64,000 nucleotides of DNA. Source: Eledone cirrhosa. Taxonomy: Eukaryota. A program made the translations under genes and the position numbers. Below are positions 1 through 12,481 of this stretch, one piece after another. Position 1 is the first letter of the stretch, and the number at the start of each line of letters is the position of its first letter. A model generated the notes under the pieces. That model had not been told where the DNA came from, searched no databases, and was given only the letters and a program-made list of their open reading frames with translations. The stretch spans positions 1 through 64,000 of the forward strand of contig CAXHJY010000970.1 in assembly GCA_964016885.1 (NCBI GenBank), given 5' to 3'.

Positions 1-2527
<2,527 letters not shown>

Positions 2528-4903
2528 GTAAACACAAAAGCCTTCCCTAGTGAGGAATGTACATCCCAACATAGCTTAGTTGTCAGCGACCTCACGGTCA
2601 GAACTAGACGAGCCCTGAAACAGAGGCCAACCTGGAGAAGAAAGATCTGGAAGCTGAAAGTCCCCTCAACCAGTAACAGATTTAAAGATATTTTACTCAA
2701 CGCCTACGACAGTAAAGAAGAACAGATAGAGACATTTAACGTAGAAGAGAACTGGGAGTTCCTAAAAAATAACTTACTAGAGGCGACGGATGAGGTTTGT
2801 GGCTGGAGTAAGACCTCAAGCAGGAGGAGAGTGACTTGGTGGTGGAACAATAAGGTAGATGAAGCAGTCAAGGCCAAGAGACAGGCATGGAAAGAATGGA
2901 AGAACGGGGGGAGCAGGGTACATTACATAGAGACCAAGAGGGAAGCTAGGCGACAAGTATACTTAGCTAGGAGGGAAGCAGAGGATAGAAAATTCAAGCA
3001 TGTTTTACAACGTGAGGACCAGAAACAGAAGGTATTCAAGATTGCGAGGCAGTGTGTCAGAGATAGTTGTGATGTCATTGGAGAGAAGTGTATCCGGAAT
3101 GATAAAGGTGAGCTTGCCCTCACAAGTGCTGAGAAGAAAGATGCATGGAAGAGTCATTATGATAGATTACTAAATGAGGAGAATGCATGGGAAGAAGAGA
3201 CCCTACCCCACGTAGACCCTATAGAGGGACCAGCAGTACAAGTCAGCGGCAGCGTAGTAAGTAAGGCAATCAGAGATATGAAGATAGGGAAGGCAACCGG
3301 TCCATCGGGTATAGCTGCCGAGATGCTGAAGGCATCTGGGTCTGTAGGTCACACTATAACCACACGTATCGTTAACCAGGTAATACTAGAGGGGGCCATA
3401 CCAAAAGATTGGTGCAGTAGCATCATTGTCAACTGCTACAAAGGTAAAGGCGATGCACTAGATAGAGGAAACTATAGAGGTATAAAGTTGATGGACCAGG
3501 TCATGAAAGTAACAGAAAGAGTTATAGCACAGCTGATTAGGGACCGGGTGAATATAGACGAGATGCAATTTGGGTTTGTACCAGGGAAAGGCACCACTGA
3601 TGCCCTCTTCCTTGTGAGGCAATTACAGGAAAAGTACCTAGCTAAAAGTAAGCCACTCTACTTGGCATTTGTCGACCTTGAGAAAGCCTTTGACAGAGTT
3701 CCACGTGCAGTAATCTGGTGGGCTCTTAGAAAACTAGGAGTAGATGAATGGCTTGTGAAAGCGGTACAAGCCATGTATAGGGGAGCAGTCAGCAAAGTTA
3801 GGATTGGCAATGAGTATAGCGAGGAATTTAGCGTACAGGTTGGGGTCCACCAGGGCTCTGTTCTTAGCCCTCTCCTGTTCATCATAGTCCTGCAGGCAAT
3901 AACGGAGGAGTTTAAGACCGGATGCCCATGGGAACTCCTGTATGCTGATGACCTCGCACTCATAGCTGAATCTATGGTAGAACTAGAGAATAAATTCCAA
4001 ACCTGGAAGCAGGGACTAGAGAGAAAGGGCCTCAAAGTCAACATGACAAAGACTAAGGTCCTTGTAAGTAGACGAGAAAACAGAACCCAGATCCCCTCAG
4101 GGAAATGGCCTTGCTCAGTATGTAGGAAAGGTGTAGGTAGAAACTCCATTCTCTGCCCCAAATGCAAACAATGGGTACACAAGAGATGTAGCGGGATCTC
4201 AGGAAGCTTAATTAAGAATGTAGGATTCACATGCAGCAGCTGTGCTGAAACAGCAAGCAAACAGCCACAGGAAACAAGTACCACCAATCTCTGGGAGGGC
4301 CCTGTAGAAACAGTAGACAGCTTCTGCTACCTAGGTGACCGAATTAGCAACGGAGGTGGGTGCTCAGAAAGTACAATAACTAGGGTAAGAACGGGATGGA
4401 AGAAGTTTAGGGAACTACTACCACTGCTAGCTGCAAAAGGCTTCTCCCTCAGAATGAAAGGCAGACTGTATGATGCGTGTATCCGAACAGCGATGTTGCA
4501 TGGTAGTGAGACCTGGGCGCTGAAGGTGGAAGACTTACGTAGATTAGAGAGAAACGAAGCCTGCATGCTCCGATGGATGTGTAACAGTAATATACGTGAA
4601 CGACAAAGCATAAAGGAATTGAGAGAGAGACTGAGCATAAGAGGAATCAAATGCTGCGTGCAGGAGAGGCGGTTACGCTGGTATGGACATGTGATGCGTA
4701 TGAAGGATGACAGCTGCATAAAAAGGTGCAGAGCACTAGAAGTTGATGGAAACCGCGGAGTGGGGAGACCCAAGATGACTTGGGATGAGGTGATAAAAGC
4801 TGACCTTACCCAACTACACCTCTCAAAGTCAATGACACACGACCGTGACTTCTGGCGTCACGCAGTAATACAGGGTACCCGACCTCCCATGGGTACATGC
4901 TGA
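2528..4903 (+). CDS. Uninterrupted but 5'-truncated RTE reverse transcriptase ORF with an internal C4HC3 (PHD-like) finger
   Basis: [54 protein letters not shown]; CSVC..CPKC..H..C..CSSC at ~4111-4243. The ORF-track start at 2219 is only microsatellite read-through. Confidence 0.9.
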   Translation, partial: VNTKAFPSEECTSQHSLVVSDLTVRTRRALKQRPTWRRKIWKLKVPSTSNRFKDILLNAYDSKEEQIETFNVEENWEFLKNNLLEATDEVCGWSKTSSRRRVTWWWNNKVDEAVKAKRQAWKEWKNGGSRVHYIETKREARRQVYLARREAEDRKFKHVLQREDQKQKVFKIARQCVRDSCDVIGEKCIRNDKGELALTSAEKKDAWKSHYDRLLNEENAWEEETLPHVDPIEGPAVQVSGSVVSKAIRDMKIGKATGPSGIAAEMLKASGSVGHTITTRIVNQVILEGAIPKDWCSSIIVNCYKGKGDALDRGNYRGIKLMDQVMKVTERVIAQLIRDRVNIDEMQFGFVPGKGTTDALFLVRQLQEKYLAKSKPLYLAFVDLEKAFDRVPRAVIWWALRKLGVDEWLVKAVQAMYRGAVSKVRIGNEYSEEFSVQVGVHQGSVLSPLLFIIVLQAITEEFKTGCPWELLYADDLALIAESMVELENKFQTWKQGLERKGLKVNMTKTKVLVSRRENRTQIPSGKWPCSVCRKGVGRNSILCPKCKQWVHKRCSGISGSLIKNVGFTCSSCAETASKQPQETSTTNLWEGPVETVDSFCYLGDRISNGGGCSESTITRVRTGWKKFRELLPLLAAKGFSLRMKGRLYDACIRTAMLHGSETWALKVEDLRRLERNEACMLRWMCNSNIRERQSIKELRERLSIRGIKCCVQERRLRWYGHVMRMKDDSCIKRCRALEVDGNRGVGRPKMTWDEVIKADLTQLHLSKSMTHDRDFWRHAVIQGTRPPMGTC

Positions 4904-5198
4904 AGCATATAAACAATATGCCCCCCCCCCCCTCCACCGCAAGGTGGCCGTGGAGGTGCCACGGCAAAAAAGCACCCAGCCCACACTGTAAAGTGGACGT
5001 GTAGGCGCCACGAAAAAGCACCAGCACTCACTGTAAATGAGGTTGGTGTTAGGAAGGGCATCCAGCTTGTAGAAATCAAGCCAGATCAGTTCCTGTATGA
5101 GCAAGGCATGGTCAGCCGACCAGACACTGCCCACAACAGGACAACCCGTCTAACCCATGCTAGCGTGGAAGAACGGACGTAAAACGGTGATGATGATG
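2528..5198 (+). mobile_element. RTE-clade LINE (RTE-1), 5'-truncated at the end of the APE endonuclease, with intact 3' UTR and (TGA)n tail
   Basis: Starts in the EN C-terminal motif ([11 protein letters not shown]), has an RT ORF, and ends CCATGCTAGCGTGGAAGAACGGACGTAAAACGGTGATGATGATG; the same tail recurs in many relics later in the window. Confidence 0.93.
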
Positions 5199-5463
<265 letters not shown>

Positions 5464-5732
5464 ATAGCGGCGATGAATTAGTTTTGCGAGGTTTTTTATA
5501 TGAAATCGTGTGTCGAAACAGATATTGTTATATTTGGGGAGGGTCATATTTGCGTAATATTGCCAGAATTAATAACAGAACACACTCACTGTTTGGTTGG
5601 TTTTCGCTTCTCGCTGTCTTTTATATATATATATCTGCGATCTAACTTACTCGGTCCTCAATGTTGCCATTGACTGACCGGCGGTCAAAAATTATACAGA
5701 TACAATATAGACAAACACATATATATATAGTT

Positions 5733-5775
5733 TACATAAATCTTTCGTTGCACATCTGCAACATCGTCAGTGGTG
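5733..5775 (-). ncRNA. Minimal hammerhead ribozyme motif in PLE-1 pLTR (copy 1)
   Basis: Reverse complement reads CTGACGA-T-GTTGCA-GATG-TGCAAC-GAAA-GATT-TA; stem I is only ~2 bp. Confidence 0.55.
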
Positions 5776-6044
5776 TTATATTCATTGTTCCTCCTGTTGT
5801 GTTGTATGTCTACGCCATTTTTTTTTTGTTCAGTCTGTCTATATATTTATTTATTTATTTGCTTGTTTGTTTATCTTATTTTATTTTGTCTTCTTTGCGC
5901 ATGCGTTTGCGTGTGTGTATAGTGTTATGTGTGATGTGTGACTAGTGTGTATAGTGTTGTGTCTGCTGGGTGACTAGTGTGTGTTTATGTGCTTGTGTAT
6001 GTATTTATTTATCTTATTTTATTTAATTTAATTTACTTATTTAT

Positions 6045-9000
6045 TTATACTTCTCTTAGGTCAGTGTTGTTTGTTTGGGTGTTGTTGTTGTTCCACTCAT
6101 TCTTTCTGTTTAGCTTTGGTCTTCTAATTTCTATTTCACTGGCCTCTCTGATTTGCCTATCTGCTGGGTCATTCCTATGTTTAGATATTATTCTAATTTC
6201 TATGTTGTCTATGTTACCGTCATGATGTTGTCTAGCATGTTCATATAGTACTGACCCGTTTTTTCGTCCTTTTAGTTCCCCCCAGTGTTGGTCTATCCTT
6301 TCACCTATGCTACGAGCTGTCTCACCTATGTATGTTGTTGTCGTGTTTCTGCAAGTACCCTCTGTACATCTTATGCTATAGACTACGTTTCTAGTTTTAC
6401 AGTTTATCCGGGGGTTCACCTTACATATGATACATTTCCTATTGGTACAGTGGGTTTTCTTAAAAGGGTAGGTTTTGCTGATCAGGGATTTTATGGTGGT
6501 TCCTGGCTTTTCTACCACCTTTATTTTTAAGTGGGTCTTTCTCAGGGCCTTTCTACACTGGTTAGCTAATTTCCCTCCAGGGGTGGCGTCCACAAACATG
6601 ACACTCTGATATCTCTGGTTGTCGTACCATGATGTGGCCTTCCCTATCTTATGTCTAGCCCTATCTAAGCTATTCCATGATTTGCTCCTGTATAGTGGGC
6701 AAATTCCTTTCATGTCCAGTTCTATGAGGGTCTTATACTTTTCCATGGCTCCTTCGTATACTCTGACTCTGTCTCTTTGGTTGTAGCCAGAGAACTGCAT
6801 GCGGTTGATGAAGTGTTGGATGTGTCCTTCCATTTCTGTTGGGTCGCACATGCTGGACACATTCTTCATCACTCGTACCAAATCTGCGATCAGAATATTA
6901 AACTTAGCACTACTGGACATTGCTGAGTTTTTGAGTATCAGGTATTTGGAGGCCATGGGTTTAGCATAGTGTGAGTGGAGAATTTGGGCTCTCTCGTCTA
7001 TAGTGTTGATCCAGAGTTCTGTGTCTAATACAGGTAGTCTATTGTTAGGGTGTTTGGAAGGGAAGTCTATAGTTACAGTTATACTCTGGTGTATGGAATT
7101 AGCTATCTGCTGGATGCTTTCCATCGTGCTACGTTCTAAATCAAACTTGTTAGTGCTCTCTAGTGGGGGTGTTCTTATAACTATATTGATATCGTCTACA
7201 TAACGAGAGTACATGATGAGGTCTATGGAGCTTTCATTAAGGAGATCTTTAAGTCTCCTTTCCCACCATACCATGAAAAGGTTGGCAACATCGCCAGCTA
7301 TGCTGACGCCGATGGCTGCTCCCTCATTTTGGGTGTAGATTTTCTCATTGAACTTAAATATGTGGCCCTTTAGGGTAGTTTTGATACTAGCCCCTATTGC
7401 ATGTGCGACCATTTTTCTTACCTGATCAGTGTTTTGGGGGGTCCGTATAGCTTTGGTCCACCCAATCCACCTTCCTATGGGAGTCTTTTTAGCCATTGAG
7501 GTTATGGTGGGGGGTCTACCTCTTATAGGTCTACTAGGGCAGAAACATCTAAGGTCATGGCTGTCTAGGTAGTCAGTGTCGTAGGTAAGTCTAAGTAGGA
7601 GGCCCAGTTCGTCTGTGTCGACGTCGCAGAACTCCACCTCACTCTCAATGATCATCTCCACACATCTTTTCACAGCAAAATCAATGTTAATGGATGGGTA
7701 CAGTGACACCACATCCATGCTGCCTATTATGCAGTTGGATAGGCTCCTGTTTTTGTTGCACTCACTGATTCTGCTGAGGAGGTCCTCTGTACTTTCACAT
7801 ACATCTGGGGACATCTTGATTATGGGGCGTATAACCATTGAGAGGAAGTAGGAGATCCTGTAGTTGCTAGCTATATTAGCTCCGCATACAGGTCTCGTTG
7901 GTGGTCCTATTGTCGGGTCGTCGACAGTCTTGTGGTCTTTGCGGAGCCCATACAAGGGTGGTATGCCATTGTTAGACGCCTGGAAGTTGTTGGCAGTGCG
8001 TCTGCTTGGCTTTAGGATGTCAGTCCACATCATCATGTGAGCGTTGAGGATTTTTTCTCTCCCATCGTGTGTTAGTTGTGCAACTTCGCTCGTGTTGGTG
8101 ATGTGGGGTTGCATTGCCTCGATGTAGTTCGGCATGCTATCTATTGACATCCTACCAGACTTATCTGTGGGTAGACACACTACCTCACCATCCCTTGTGC
8201 GCTGTTTGAGGCTAACCAAGCCTTCTACAGGTTTTGTCCCAAGTTGTTGGGCCTCTGGTCTGCTCTGTCTCATAGTGTACCTGTCTACTACTTGTCTAAT
8301 CTTATTTCTAGCTATGGTGAACTGTGCCTCCGTCTCGTCATCTATTTGTTGTGGTATGCAAACTCTTTTATTAAAGGGTAACCTCGTAGGATAGATATTA
8401 CCCATCTTATATGTTTTGTCAGCTGGGTTGAAAAATAGTTTCTCTAAGGGGTTGTCGTTATTTCTATCGTCATAGTTGTGTGTGTTGCTATTATTGTTAT
8501 CATGGTGGTTGTTGTTGTTTCTATCCTTAGCATTAATATTATTATTGTTATGATTGCTAGATGTATTGTTGTTTACTTCACCGTTATTGTTGTTGTTGTT
8601 ACTGCTATTTCTACCATTGTGGTTGTTACTATTATTATGTTTCTTGTTTTTGTTGATGTTGCTACATGTACTATTTCCATTATTACCACTGTGGTTATTG
8701 TTGTTGTTGTTGTTCGTATTGTTACCGTTATTACTACTGTGGTCACTGTTGCTGTGTCTGTGGTTAACGTTTCTATTATTATTATTATTGTGGTTGTTGT
8801 TGTTCTGTCTATCGCTAGTATTATTACCATTATCACTATTTCTCACTTTCCTGCCATTGTTATGGTTATGGCTGTTATTTCTATACCCAGAGTTATTGTT
8901 TATATTACTACTACCGTTATTATTGTTGTTGTTGTTTACCTTTGCATTCCAACGTATTTTTGTGAAACACTTTTCCAGCTCCGTTTTGCATTCCATAGGA

Positions 9001-9677
9001 TTAATCTTTTTGTAGATGGCAAATTTTGGTGGTAACTTTAGGATTTGTTGTTCTTGTTCACTGATTAAAGTGTTCCCATAGATATTTACTGTGTGGTCAT
9101 TGGTAAATTCTTCCGGTAGTTTTACATCACTCATACGGATGTTGTCGATGTTATCTGGGTATTTTTGAGAATATTCGATTTTCCTTTCTTGTAGTTTTTT
9201 CTTATTCATCCATTCTAATTTCTTCTTGAAATGCCTACAGCATTCGTTTTGAGCATATTTCGTTTCGCGTCGGATGACGCTCATGAAGTCATCTCTCTCG
9301 TTTGCTGTGATGAGATTTCGGATTTCCTTACCGTTGATGCGTTTTTGTCTGTAGAGTGCGTTGACTTTTGTGTATGTTGTTCTTTTCATATTAACTGTTA
9401 TTGTGTGTTTTAGCCGTTCAGCTTGTGTTTTGTTCAATAATAAATTATTTACTTGTTTTGATATGTTTGTTGTGTATGTTTTGGAGGAAACACAGTGTTT
9501 TAAGAAGCGGATTTGTTCTGTTGTTATTGTAGTTTTTATATAACAGAAAACAGTGTCTTTCAATAACCTTTCAGCTTGGCACAAGCTAATGCCATAGCGG
9601 CGATGAATTAGTTTTGCGAGGTTTTTTATATGAAATCGTGTGTCGAAACAGATATTGTTATATTTGGGGAGGGTCAT
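6045..9677 (-). CDS. Intact 1210-aa PLE polyprotein: N-terminal region with Asn-rich insert, PLE-type RT, C-terminal Cys-rich linker + GIY-YIG endonuclease
   Basis: DKSG, LYGLRKDHK, RPV, SMDVVSLYPSI, Q.EG.AIG, RYVDD, LPVLD; C..C..C..C then NVVY..YIGET.RS..R..H..E..LN. Confidence 0.93.
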   Translation of the reverse strand: MTLPKYNNICFDTRFHIKNLAKLIHRRYGISLCQAERLLKDTVFCYIKTTITTEQIRFLKHCVSSKTYTTNISKQVNNLLLNKTQAERLKHTITVNMKRTTYTKVNALYRQKRINGKEIRNLITANERDDFMSVIRRETKYAQNECCRHFKKKLEWMNKKKLQERKIEYSQKYPDNIDNIRMSDVKLPEEFTNDHTVNIYGNTLISEQEQQILKLPPKFAIYKKINPMECKTELEKCFTKIRWNAKVNNNNNNNGSSNINNNSGYRNNSHNHNNGRKVRNSDNGNNTSDRQNNNNHNNNNNRNVNHRHSNSDHSSNNGNNTNNNNNNNHSGNNGNSTCSNINKNKKHNNSNNHNGRNSSNNNNNNGEVNNNTSSNHNNNNINAKDRNNNNHHDNNNSNTHNYDDRNNDNPLEKLFFNPADKTYKMGNIYPTRLPFNKRVCIPQQIDDETEAQFTIARNKIRQVVDRYTMRQSRPEAQQLGTKPVEGLVSLKQRTRDGEVVCLPTDKSGRMSIDSMPNYIEAMQPHITNTSEVAQLTHDGREKILNAHMMMWTDILKPSRRTANNFQASNNGIPPLYGLRKDHKTVDDPTIGPPTRPVCGANIASNYRISYFLSMVIRPIIKMSPDVCESTEDLLSRISECNKNRSLSNCIIGSMDVVSLYPSINIDFAVKRCVEMIIESEVEFCDVDTDELGLLLRLTYDTDYLDSHDLRCFCPSRPIRGRPPTITSMAKKTPIGRWIGWTKAIRTPQNTDQVRKMVAHAIGASIKTTLKGHIFKFNEKIYTQNEGAAIGVSIAGDVANLFMVWWERRLKDLLNESSIDLIMYSRYVDDINIVIRTPPLESTNKFDLERSTMESIQQIANSIHQSITVTIDFPSKHPNNRLPVLDTELWINTIDERAQILHSHYAKPMASKYLILKNSAMSSSAKFNILIADLVRVMKNVSSMCDPTEMEGHIQHFINRMQFSGYNQRDRVRVYEGAMEKYKTLIELDMKGICPLYRSKSWNSLDRARHKIGKATSWYDNQRYQSVMFVDATPGGKLANQCRKALRKTHLKIKVVEKPGTTIKSLISKTYPFKKTHCTNRKCIICKVNPRINCKTRNVVYSIRCTEGTCRNTTTTYIGETARSIGERIDQHWGELKGRKNGSVLYEHARQHHDGNIDNIEIRIISKHRNDPADRQIREASEIEIRRPKLNRKNEWNNNNTQTNNTDLREV

Positions 9678-9862
9678 ATTTGCGTAATATTGCCAGAATT
9701 AATAACAGAACACACTCACTGTTTGGTTGGTTTTCGCTTCTCGCTGTCTTTTATATATATATATCTGCGATCTAACTTACTCGGTCCTCAATGTTGCCAT
9801 TGACTGACCGGCGGTCAAAAATTATACAGATACAATATAGACAAACACATATATATATAGTT

Positions 9863-9905
9863 TACATAAATCTTTCGTTGCACATCTGCAACATCGTCAG
9901 TGGTG
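9863..9905 (-). ncRNA. Minimal hammerhead motif in PLE-1 pLTR (copy 2)
   Basis: Same motif as copy 1. Confidence 0.55.
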
Positions 9906-10175
9906 TTATATTCATTGTTCCTCCTGTTGTGTTGTATGTCTACGCCATTTTTTTTTTTGTTCAGTCTGTCTATATATTTATTTATTTATTTGCTTGTTTG
10001 TTTATCTTATTTTATTTTGTCTTCTTTGCGCATGCGTTTGCGTGTGTGTATAGTGTTATGTGTGATGTGTGACTAGTGTGTATAGTGTTGTGTCTGCTGG
10101 GTGACTAGTGTGTGTTTATGTGCTTGTGTATGTATTTATTTATCTTATTTTATTTAATTTAATTTACTTATTTAT

Positions 10176-11461
10176 TTATACTTCTCTTAGGTCAGTGTTG
10201 TTTGTTTGGGTGTTGTTGTTGTTCCACTCATTCTTTCTGTTTAGCTTTGGTCTTCTAATTTCTATTTCACTGGCCTCTCTGATTTGCCTATCTGCTGGGT
10301 CATTCCTATGTTTAGATATTATTCTAATTTCTATGTTGTCTATGTTACCGTCATGATGTTGTCTAGCATGTTCATATAGTACTGACCCGTTTTTTCGTCC
10401 TTTTAGTTCCCCCCAGTGTTGGTCTATCCTTTCACCTATGCTACGAGCTGTCTCACCTATGTATGTTGTTGTCGTGTTTCTGCAAGTACCCTCTGTACAT
10501 CTTATGCTATAGACTACGTTTCTAGTTTTACAGTTTATCCGGGGGTTCACCTTACATATGATACATTTCCTATTGGTACAGTGGGTTTTCTTAAAAGGGT
10601 AGGTTTTGCTGATCAGGGATTTTATGGTGGTTCCTGGCTTTTCTACCACCTTTATTTTTAAGTGGGTCTTTCTCAGGGCCTTTCTACACTGGTTAGCTAA
10701 TTTCCCTCCAGGGGTGGCGTCCACAAACATGACACTCTGATATCTCTGGTTGTCGTACCATGATGTGGCCTTCCCTATCTTATGTCTAGCCCTATCTAAG
10801 CTATTCCATGATTTGCTCCTGTATAGTGGGCAAATTCCTTTCATGTCCAGTTCTATGAGGGTCTTATACTTTTCCATGGCTCCTTCGTATACTCTGACTC
10901 TGTCTCTTTGGTTGTAGCCAGAGAACTGCATGCGGTTGATGAAGTGTTGGATGTGTCCTTCCATTTCTGTTGGGTCGCACATGCTGGACACATTCTTCAT
11001 CACTCGTACCAAATCTGCGATCAGAATATTAAACTTAGCACTACTGGACATTGCTGAGTTTTTGAGTATCAGGTATTTGGAGGCCATGGGTTTAGCATAG
11101 TGTGAGTGGAGAATTTGGGCTCTCTCGTCTATAGTGTTGATCCAGAGTTCTGTGTCTAATACAGGTAGTCTATTGTTAGGGTGTTTGGAAGGGAAGTCTA
11201 TAGTTACAGTTATACTCTGGTGTATGGAATTAGCTATCTGCTGGATGCTTTCCATCGTGCTACGTTCTAAATCAAACTTGTTAGTGCTCTCTAGTGGGGG
11301 TGTTCTTATAACTATATTGATATCGTCTACATAACGAGAGTACATGATGAGGTCTATGGAGCTTTCATTAAGGAGATCTTTAAGTCTCCTTTCCCACCAT
11401 ACCATGAAAAGGTTGGCAACATCGCCAGCTATGCTGACGCCGATGGCTGCTCCCTCATTTT
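10176..11461 (-). pseudogene. 5'-truncated second copy of the PLE-1 ORF (RT motif B to GIY-YIG)
   Basis: Translated 409 aa match the C-terminus of the 6045-9677 protein. Confidence 0.9.
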
Positions 11462-11984
11462 AGCTAACCAGTGTAGAAAGGCCCTGAGAAAGACCCACTT
11501 AAAAATAAAGGTGGTAGAAAAGCCAGGAACCACCATAAAATCCCTGATCAGCAAAACCTACCCTTTTAAGAAAACCCACTGTACCAATAGGAAATGTATC
11601 ATATGTAAGGTGAACCCCCGGATAAACTGTAAAACTAGAAACGTAGTCTATAGCATAAGATGTACAGAGGGTACTTGCAGAAACACGACAACAACATACA
11701 TAGGTGAGACAGCTCGTAGCATAGGTGAAAGGATAGACCAACACTGGGGGGAACTAAAAGGACGAAAAAACGGGTCAGTACTATATGAACATGCTAGACA
11801 ACATCATGACGGTAACATAGACAACATAGAAATTAGAATAATATCTAAACATAGGAATGACCCAGCAGATAGGCAAATCAGAGAGGCCAGTGAAATAGAA
11901 ATTAGAAGACCAAAGCTAAACAGAAAGAATGAGTGGAACAACAACAACACCCAAACAAACAACACTGACCTAAGAGAAGTATAA
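11460..11984 (+). pseudogene. 5'-truncated PLE-1 ORF end (GIY-YIG only)
   Basis: ORF 11511-11984 matches the C-terminal part of the 1210-aa protein. Confidence 0.88.
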
Positions 11985-12255
11985 ATAAATAAGTAAATTA
12001 AATTAAATAAAATAAGATAAATAAATACATACACAAGCACATAAACACACACTAGTCACCCAGCAGACACAACACTATACACACTAGTCACACATCACAC
12101 ATAACACTATACACACACGCAAACGCATGCGCAAAGAAGACAAAATAAAATAAGATAAACAAACAAGCAAATAAATAAATAAATATATAGACAGACTGAA
12201 CAAAAAAAAAAATGGCGTAGACATACAACACAACAGGAGGAACAATGAATATAAC

Positions 12256-12297
12256 ACCACTGACGATGTTGCAGATGTGCAACGAAAGATTTATGTA
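12256..12297 (+). ncRNA. Minimal hammerhead motif in PLE-1 pLTR (copy 3)
   Basis: CTGACGA 12260-66, stem II GTTGCA/TGCAAC, GAAA 12284-87, GATT-TA. Confidence 0.55.
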
Positions 12298-12481
12298 AAC
12301 TTATATATATGTGTTTGTCTATATTGTATCTGTATTATTTTTGACCGCCGGTCAGTCAATGGCAACATTGAGGACCGAGTAAGTTAGATCGCAGATATAT
12401 ATATATAAAAGACAGCGAGAAGCGAAAACCAACCAAACAGTGAGTGTGTTCTGTTATTAATTCTGGCAATATTACGCAAAT

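Larger units (their letters stand above)
5464..11461 (-). mobile_element. Penelope-like element PLE-1, left arm: 5'-truncated copy + full copy + 3' tail running into the ORF start (partial tandem, unit ~4130 bp)
   Basis: 5464-7330 is repeated at ~9594-11461 (offset ~4130); RT + GIY-YIG ORF; pseudo-LTR architecture. Confidence 0.93.

Noticed and set aside
8478-9035. Hydrophobic Val/Ile/Leu-rich ORFs resembling membrane proteins (also 13124-13681)
   Set aside because: Antisense shadows of the AAC/AAT Asn-rich tract
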